64,000 nucleotides of DNA, from NCBI RefSeq assembly GCF_000002075.1, contig NW_004797322.1, positions 402,297 through 466,296 on the forward strand, read 5' to 3'. The notes below the pieces were generated by a model, which worked only from the letters and a program-made list of their open reading frames with translations, did no database searches and had not been told where the DNA came from. This document shows positions 52,798 to 61,700 of the stretch, one piece after another; position 1 is the first letter of the stretch, and each line of letters opens with the position of its first letter. Source of the stretch: Aplysia californica (Eukaryota). The translations under genes and the position numbers were made by a program.

Positions 52798-55700
52798 TAG
52801 AGAGAGAGAGAGAGGGAGAGAGAGTGGGAGAGAGAGGGGGGAAGGGGAGGGGAGAGACAGAGCTATATACAGAGGTAGAGAGATATGGAAGGAACTCTGA
52901 AGAGAACTTGCATATTAAAAGAATGCATACATTTCCGACAGAGAGGCAATGTGCCAATACAGTAGCACCAATCAGAGAAAAACAATACTTGTCTTGTGAA
53001 ATGAAGGGTCAAGTAATTTTTCTTTTTCTACTTGTTTTTTTCCACACTATTTGTGAGTGTGCCCGGAGAAAGGTCCCAGTTGTAAAAAATTTTGGATTTA
53101 GAATAAGGGCATATTCAAGTACCAAATTTAATGTTGACTAGGCTGAATAAAATTTTTTTAAAAACATTTTGAGTTGTCTTAAAGATATGCTACATTTCGT
53201 AACACAGGATGTAAAAATAAAGTTTGGAGAAAAATGGCTTTGACATAAGTATGTTAACTAAATTGCGAGCACATTTTTTACCTTTGGTGAAGTACATCAT
53301 ATTGCAAAAATAATTACTCTACAAATATCTAGACTTGGACTTTAAAAGTTATAAAATCCTTTCAAAATGTTATTAAGAAATGTTAAAAGTGTGTTTTCTG
53401 TACAGAACTTAATTTTTGACCAGGTACAACATTTTAGGCTTTTTCACCTCATTGCCCAAAAATAACTTTTCTGACAACTGGCACCTTTCTCCAGGCACAC
53501 ACACTTTTGTTTCTCTAAACACTCAGACATGAAAGGGTGCATTGTAAGCTAAGCTGGTATCATGTTGGACTACAAAGCGTTTCCTGGTTCAAATCCCAAT
53601 GAAGCATTTTGAACTTCTGTTGTTTAGGCAAGCTTTTAAGGCTCTCAACCCATTTTGCCCACTTTTATCAGAGATGTACATTAAATTTGGATGTCCAGCC
53701 TCTTTGAATAACTTAAATAGCCATACTGTGTTGAAAGGAGCATTAAACCTTTACAATCTCACCAGTTCTCCGGACAAAAATAATCCACCCCCCCCCCCCC
53801 TCCCTGTTCTCTCAAAGATCCAGGAAAAGAGATTTTTGGGTCTTCTCTCATTCTCACCGCATGCACTTCGTTGTGTCTTTTATAAGACAAACTGATTTAA
53901 CAGCACTTTAAGAGTGCAGGCATATTTTAGGCGGTTTAGGGCTCAGATATGGATTTTTTATTCCTTGCATATTCTGTTAGCAAAAACACTCTTCTTTTGA
54001 CTCCCATTGTTGGTTATTTTTACCATGCATTCCGACTTTTAAATGTTTTGTTCAAACTGTGTTTCTAATTCTTAATCATTTTAAACATTTATTAAGATAT
54101 TCTCTTCAAACTTCGCATGTATGTACTTCAACATGTTACACAGGTCGGTGTAGAATTAGATTTGAAGTACATGCTAATATTGCATTTTCATTATATTTTA
54201 TATGGATCTGTTATTTAGCCACACCCGCCCTTTTCTTTATCATCTGAATTTTGAGTTGCACTGCCACTTTTAAAAAATCATACTGACATATTTAATTCTG
54301 TCATTGACCTGTGGCAACATGTGCACTATAAAGGGGACAGTAAAGAAAAATTTCACTTACCATGCAAAATAAAAAAATGATGAAGTCAATTCTACCCTTC
54401 CATGACAAGACAAAAAATCAAATACGGCCACCATTTCCATGGCAATAAAAGGGTTTTAGAGAATTTTACATTTGAATTCTTCACAGTGCAACATATAAAG
54501 TTTATAAAAGTGACACTCCTAAAGCATTTCTCTCAGTGATATAGAAAATTGATTTAAAAAATAGCCTGCTCACAGTTGTCAAAACTATTGAATTCCCAAA
54601 CATGAGATGTGTATATTACCAGAAAAGCATTGCTCTAAGCAATTTTCATGAAGTTTTGGAAAAGAACTGTGTTATTGAAAAATCTACCCTTTCCATACTA
54701 AATGAAAATAAAGAAAGATACAGACAAAATTAAAATCTCTTACTCTCAAGACAAGTGAGTCCATCCTGGTCCAAGGTATAACCATCATAGCAGCCACAGT
54801 CATAAGAACCCACATTGTTGATACACGTTTGCTGACATGTGTTGGGTCCTTGGCACTCATCGATATCTGACAACAGAATTGGAAAATTGTATGGGCAAGT
54901 TGTTCAAATGCACTAAGCCCAGAAAGCAACATTTTTTTCAGAAACAGAGAAAACCCTTTCAATATTCTTTTCCAACTCGTAGCTACATTATAATAATAGT
55001 ATATCATTTTCCTAGCTTTCTTTTCAAGATTTAGGTTTTGAACTCCTATAAATTATTTCACACGTATTTGTAACTGATACAACAGATTAAGAAACTGCAA
55101 CATAAAATTGACACAATTCAGGTTAGTCAGGATCGGACGTGCATTGCCTGAAATCTACCTGCCAAGGCTGAGTGAAATACATGTAAGAACCTCCCAGCAG
55201 ACAGACAGTGGTACTAGATACCAAACTTCTGCATGCGGGTATCAAATTCACATCTTTAACTTGCAAGTGCAAAAAGCTTTACCACTACATCACAGATATC
55301 TGTGGGAATAGATGTGCTACCACCAAAGATTACACATTACAAGATGGTTCATCCCACTTTTTGAGAGAGTTAGAAAACAAAATCGTCAGGAAATGCTGGA
55401 AGCAGCACATGTTGCTTACTACCAGGCTGTTTGAGGCTATTTTGTAGTGAATGACGAATATTGGGCATTGAGAGTGGGAACAAATTTTTATATTGTTAAA
55501 AAGAATCTACTAATTTGAAAAACAAAATGCAGCACATTATGGCAAAAGTTAATTTGAGCCTCCCCCAAACCCCCACCCCTTATGCACACTTAAAATATCA
55601 AATGCTCTTTTTGTGCATGAAGCAATCACAATGACAATTGGTCTCACAAAGAGTGGGGACTTCGGATGTGCATATTAGTTTGGGACATTTTGAATGGGGT

Positions 55701-58700
55701 CTCAAGTTCACCTTTTATCAACGTAGGTGGCGATATCTCAAAGAGTTGCCAAGAATGCTTTTTTTTTGGAGAGTTGACCATCTTGTTTGGTTATATATCT
55801 GTCTTTGATTACACCTGGAATGCTTTAAAAAATGTTATTCTACTTTATCGTAAAGACTTTTGTATAGAGTACTGGTATCATCAATGACAAAACCAAGTAC
55901 TCCTATCAAAGTCATGCAGTATTTCCAATGTGGTTCAGTCCCAGCAGAATTTGATTTCGGATTTTTTTTTCAAGCTAAAAAATCCCCAAAAGAGCAAAAA
56001 GTCACCATTAAAAATAAGAAGTGCCAATAGCTTATGCAATAGACTAATCATATCAAAAACATTGTTAGAAGCAAATTCTTTATGCTTTTATTCAAGAGAC
56101 TAATTTCCTTTTTCAGGAACAATAACATTTGTTACGAAGACTATTTCATTTCTATAGAAAAACTACTGCTCTCAATAAATACAGAGAGAATTGAGTTTAA
56201 ATAAATGAGTACAGAATGCCAAAACAAAAGTGTAAATTTTCAGAGCAATAAAAAATGAAAACAAATACTTACCAGCATATCACTTTAAGATCAACAGACT
56301 AAACAATAACAATTCCGAAGATAATGGCAATGAATTCCTTGAAGAAAATAAACCTTACCTGAGCAAGAGACGTCCTGGAACAATCTGTATCCTGAACTAC
56401 AGGAGCATTCAAATGAGCCAAAGGTATTTACACAAATTCCATCACATACATTACGAGCACATTCGTTATCATCTGGGGATTTAAAACAGAACATGATAAT
56501 GATAAAGAGAAATAACTTCTTGTAAAATCGTGAATTATGTTACAAAGTATGAGATTGTACAATTGTCCCTCAAAATAAGAAGTGGGCAAATTACTGCCAA
56601 ATCTGGGCTGTGTGGTAATTTCAGTCTGGCCCAGTAACTAAAAATGAATGTGCTCTGCCCTGCAGTGAGTTGATAATAAATAGAAAGAAAACCGTCTGTC
56701 TCGAAAATGAAAATGAACAGTTTCCAGGCCAGCAGATAGCAATAGGACTAATATTTTATTCAATGAAATCCTTTTGAGTGATGTGATATGCTCTTTTGTC
56801 AATTTTAGTCTCACTTTTGAGAGCCAGGGTATTTTAATCGATTTCATCCAATTTTCTTCTGCTTTGGCCCATGAGATATTCTGAATCTATTAATCTGGCC
56901 CGCTACTAGGACACACATGTCCATGACTGCTTTAAACTATCTCTTGCACCCCCTCCCTTTCCAACTATATTTTGGATCATCTCCTTCTAGATAGCATGTC
57001 CTGTTGGGAGCATCACCTATCACCATAGCTGTGTCCAACTCCTTGCCACCACAGGCTTCCATCTTTTCTGGTCTCTGCTCTGATGAATTACTTTATAAAG
57101 ATCATCTATTTGGGGGATATTGGGAGTGGTAGCACTTTTTGTGAGAGGCAGATACATCCAAAGGGTGGCCAGGGTCCAGTGGTCCATCTCTCTATCCCTT
57201 GTCCCTAGTTTACACTGGCTACAAGAAGAAGAAGGAAACCTCAGCCACACCCTGGGCAACAGTCTTGGGTGATCAGCAATACAACATGAGTGACACTAGA
57301 AGTCCTGGTAAGCAAAGCAGGGGATGAGTGAAGTCAAGAGACAACAGTTTCAGGAATGGTGTGTTTAGCTTCTCTTTAGGCTGAAGACTCCTTACGAACA
57401 ATGGCTACGGCTCCCATGTACACTGCTACTCCAGAATACAATGACAGACCACTGGTTGTATTTTTCTTGTCACGTTGAGACCATGGCCTTTTTATCCTAA
57501 ACACCCCCCCCCCCCCCCAGGTGCTTTCAGCCTTGCTGAAACTCCTCTTTGATTGCTCAAATATTCAGAGAAGTCTCCATCATATTTTCCGGCATCTTCC
57601 GCACATTTTACATGAACGTGTCTTTTTATATTGTAATGCCCTTTTCCAAAGTTTTAAGACCATTTATAAGTAAGTATACTGCTTCATTTTCCTTGTTCTG
57701 ATGGTGTCAAAGAGCTCATTTTGTTTTTTTGAGACTCAGGATGTTTGGTTTTAAGTGCCCTTTGAGGCACCTTTATCAGTCTTCTACAGCTCTTTGGCTC
57801 AAACAAGTTTGCCATTTCTTCTGTATTGTTCAGTACGAATCATTCACATCTCTGGGGAACAACAGTGAATAACAATCATCATCATCATCGTAAAGGGCCA
57901 GATCTGAAACAGACATTGGCGATCATGGTTTGCCACTCATTTCTTTGCTCGGATGATCTCTCCCCATGACCCATCTGCTAAGATGTTCTAAGTGAGTTGC
58001 TCTGGGACATTTGTCTTTTATTTTTCTAGAGAGAGCAAGATGTTTAAGGCCTTTAATTTTTTTTGACCCAAAGACAAACATTTTTAATGAATACGCAGTC
58101 ATCCCAAACACTAAGTTTACAGAGCATAAAGATGCAGAAACGGGTGTTTCTTTCGTGAACTCCATTGTGTTTAATACAGAGCACAAACCATCTTTTGTTT
58201 CTTACACCATTAAAGGATTATAAAATTCCAATGGATAGGTTAACAGAGGACAAGTTAAAGAATGTGTATTGCTTTTATAGCTGAAGCCAATGTCTTAGCT
58301 GCTAGATGTTAATGTCAATTACTTTCTTTTCAACCCTTGCAGAGAGAAAAAGTAAGGCAGACAGACAAAAACAATCAAGGGAAAGAAAGGAAATATGATC
58401 TACAACAAGTCGCACCCTCCAACCACCCATATTTAACACTTTGCACTCAGACAGCCAGCAGTATAAAATACCCCATCTGGTCACCCAGCCAGGAGAGTGA
58501 CAGCAACGGGACTTCTCAGGCCTGGCATAGAACTGTGACAGGTGACTGAAACGGATAATTTTCATAATGCGCCAGGTGACCACAAAGTGTTAAGATCTTG
58601 AGGCATTTCAGACTCAAAGGGTTTAGTAACAAACCTTCACATTTGTCACCAACAAGTAGAAGACCATCACCACATGGCCCGCATGTGTAGGGAGGCTCTC

Positions 58701-61700
58701 CAAACTCTTGTAAAGGTGCTAGAGTGTCATTACATTCTCTACCAGTACTGCAAGGGTTTTCTGCACATCCATCCCTGTCCAATTCACATTCATCACCTGA
58801 AACGAAAAAAAAACCCCACTTAATCCTTTTCATTCTGCTTTTAAGATCACATTTCAGCACAAGGGGAAAATCATAGTGCCTTCTTCTTCTTTTCCTTCCC
58901 CTTCTTGATCTCAAGGGTCATTGACTGCTGGTTCTTCAACCTGCAGTGCAACTGATTTTTACGTATGTGACCGTTTTTCCTACTTTGTAGGGCTCCTTGC
59001 CTTCAGGAAGCCACATTCCAATTTCGAAGGTACTCAATATGTGTTTATACTGACTAAAGTATTTTCAAATTTGGTAGGAATCAATTCTAAATTTTGCCCT
59101 AGTGGCGGTCGAAGCCTAGTCTTACCGATTTTAGGACCACCAAGGGATCTTTAATGTGCATAAATTGAACATGGGGCTTCAGAAATTTTTCACCCTTATC
59201 CAAGAAGGCTAGAATCTAATTTTACTGATCCTAAAATCAGGGGAGTGGCTGCTGAAAGACAGCAGTAAGAAGGACCCAGGAGTAGCAGTAGAAAGAAGAG
59301 TAAAGTATAGAGCAGCCCAGGAGATGCCAGTGTGGGGCGAAAAAAGGAGATGAATGCAGATAACAGATCAGGACTAGGGGAGCAGAAGAACAGGAAAAGA
59401 AGTGAAACAAGAAAATTTTGGAGGAGAAAATTGTTTTTGTCGCTGTCAGATTTCAATCCTACAACCTTCTGAATGAGAGGCAAACACTGTACCTCTAGAC
59501 CACGAAAGCCCTTGAAAGTTGTGAGACCTTGAGCAATTTTTTAAATGTGAAGCAGCCTGGTGAAATCAGGCACTCATCAAAATAATGAAAGTAAAAAAAC
59601 TGGCTTTTTTCTACAGGTTTGGGAATTTTTACAGAGTTTTTGTTTTTAGGCTCAACACCTTTCTTGCCCTTTAAAGAACACGTTTCTGTGTGGATTTTAC
59701 TGAAAAACTTTGATTAAAGGCATTAAGATATAAATTCTCAGTTTGCACAGACTCTCAAGCTAAGGAAATAACTCACTTTCGATGGTCATTCTCTCGCTAA
59801 TTTTACTTCTGAAACCACTGACCCCCACCTCCATCAATAGCCAATATCTTGATTTGTATCCAAGATAAATAGATATTTTTTTCATCGAAAGCAAAGCAAA
59901 TGGACAGGCTTTAAGATTTCATCAGTTACTCAATATGTCCCAAAATTGACAAGCGCCTGATTCCACCGCATTGTGACACAAATTGTTTTCCACACAAGAT
60001 AAGATANNNNNNNNNNNNNNNNNNNNNNNNNNNNNNNNNNNNNNNNNNNNNNNNNNNNNNNNNNNNNNNNNNNNNNNNNNNNNNNNNNNNNNNNNNNNNN
60101 NNNNNNNNNNNNNNNNNNNNNNNNNNNNNNNNNNNNNNNNNNNNNNNNNNNNNNNNNNNNNNNNNNNNNNNNNNNNNNNNNNNNNNNNNNNNNNNNNNNN
60201 NNNNNNNNNNNNNNNNNNNNNNNNNNNNNNNNNNNNNNNNNNNNNNNNNNNNNNNNNNNNNNNNNNNNNNNNNNNNNNNNNNNNTTGAGCAGGTTATACG
60301 TTAAGTCTTGATTTGAAGACTAAACAAGAGCTCAGCAGCCTCCCAGGAGCTATGGACATGTACTGTATGCGATGAGACTAACAACAAAAAGCAAAATGAA
60401 AAGCAACATATTTGCAGTGTTTCCTGCTTTTTAAACATCTCAGTTAATAAGTTGTTGAGACGTTTGCAATGAAAACTTTTTCAAAACCAGCAACTTTTCC
60501 CAAAAATCTACTCAATTGTTCTTTTCAACAAAAAGTTCCCTCTCAATTTAGATTTACACTTAGGGGGCTCTCATGGCCTTGAGTTCAAGGTGTTCGCCTC
60601 TCATTCAAAGGTCCCGGATTTGAGTTCGGGTAGTGAAATAAAAATGTTCTCTTCTAAAACTGTCTCCTTTAACCTCCTTTACTGCTCTCTAGCAATGTTC
60701 TATCGTCTACTTTCATCTCCATTTTCTGCCCCCACCCCCTCACCACCTTTACCCTTCCTCTGGGCTCCTGACTCTTTTGGCAGCCTTTCTAATGCTACTT
60801 CTTGGCTCCTTCTTACCGTTGTCTTTCAACCACATCCCTGATCTTCTGGTAGGAAAGATTAGGAAAGATCTACACCTAGCCTTCTCGGACAAGGGCAAAA
60901 AATCTTGGAGGTCCCATGTGCAAGTAGCACACGTTAAAGATCCCTGGTGGTCTAAAATTGATAAGTGGGCTTCGGCAGCCACTTGGGCAAAATTCAAAAA
61001 TTTTCTTCCCACTGAAAACACTCATACGACCTTATGCAGTTGCGAGCCTCGTAAATCACTTACCAAAGTTTTTTTTTTTTTAAATGCACACTTCCTTTAT
61101 CATTGAATTTACCTGAAGATTCTGGTTGTAAAGCTATTCATTATTCCTTTCTTTAATCGAGAAAATATCTTTGATTTTCACAGATAACTTATTTCACTCA
61201 CCTGTGTAGGCCGCTTCGCAAACGCAGACATACTTTCGGAAGCTTCCCTCAGCATCTTCTGCCTCCCTCAATTGAAGTCTATCACAAACTCCTTTTTCAC
61301 TGCACAAAGTGCAAAGAGCAACCTTGACTGTGAGAACAGCAGACTGGCCCCCAGCCTCATCCTTTGCTACAAACCTGCAATTCATTATAAGTAATTATTT
61401 CTATTTTAGCAGGGTTTTGTTAAAGTAAGACACCCTATTAGGCATAATATTAATGATTTCAAAGGTATGCTCATACCATGCATGCTTTACCAGTTCAGTC
61501 AGACAAAGGATTAGTATAATATTCAAGGAAAGCAGAGAAAATAAAATCCCTGCTTAGACTTGATTTTATAAAAATTGCAGGTGTTGGCAAAATTTTACTT
61601 GTCTACAGAAAAACAGACAGCTGAAAGGCAAAGTATGAAAGGCATTTAAAAAAAGGTGTGGGTTCTGGATATCATTACACAAATTGCTTTTAATACAACT

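Noticed and set aside
57770-57852. Possible extra exon starting CCCCAG|AGATGTGAATGAT (DVND)
   Set aside because: No cysteine pattern and stops follow; it lies in a degenerate retroposon-like segment.
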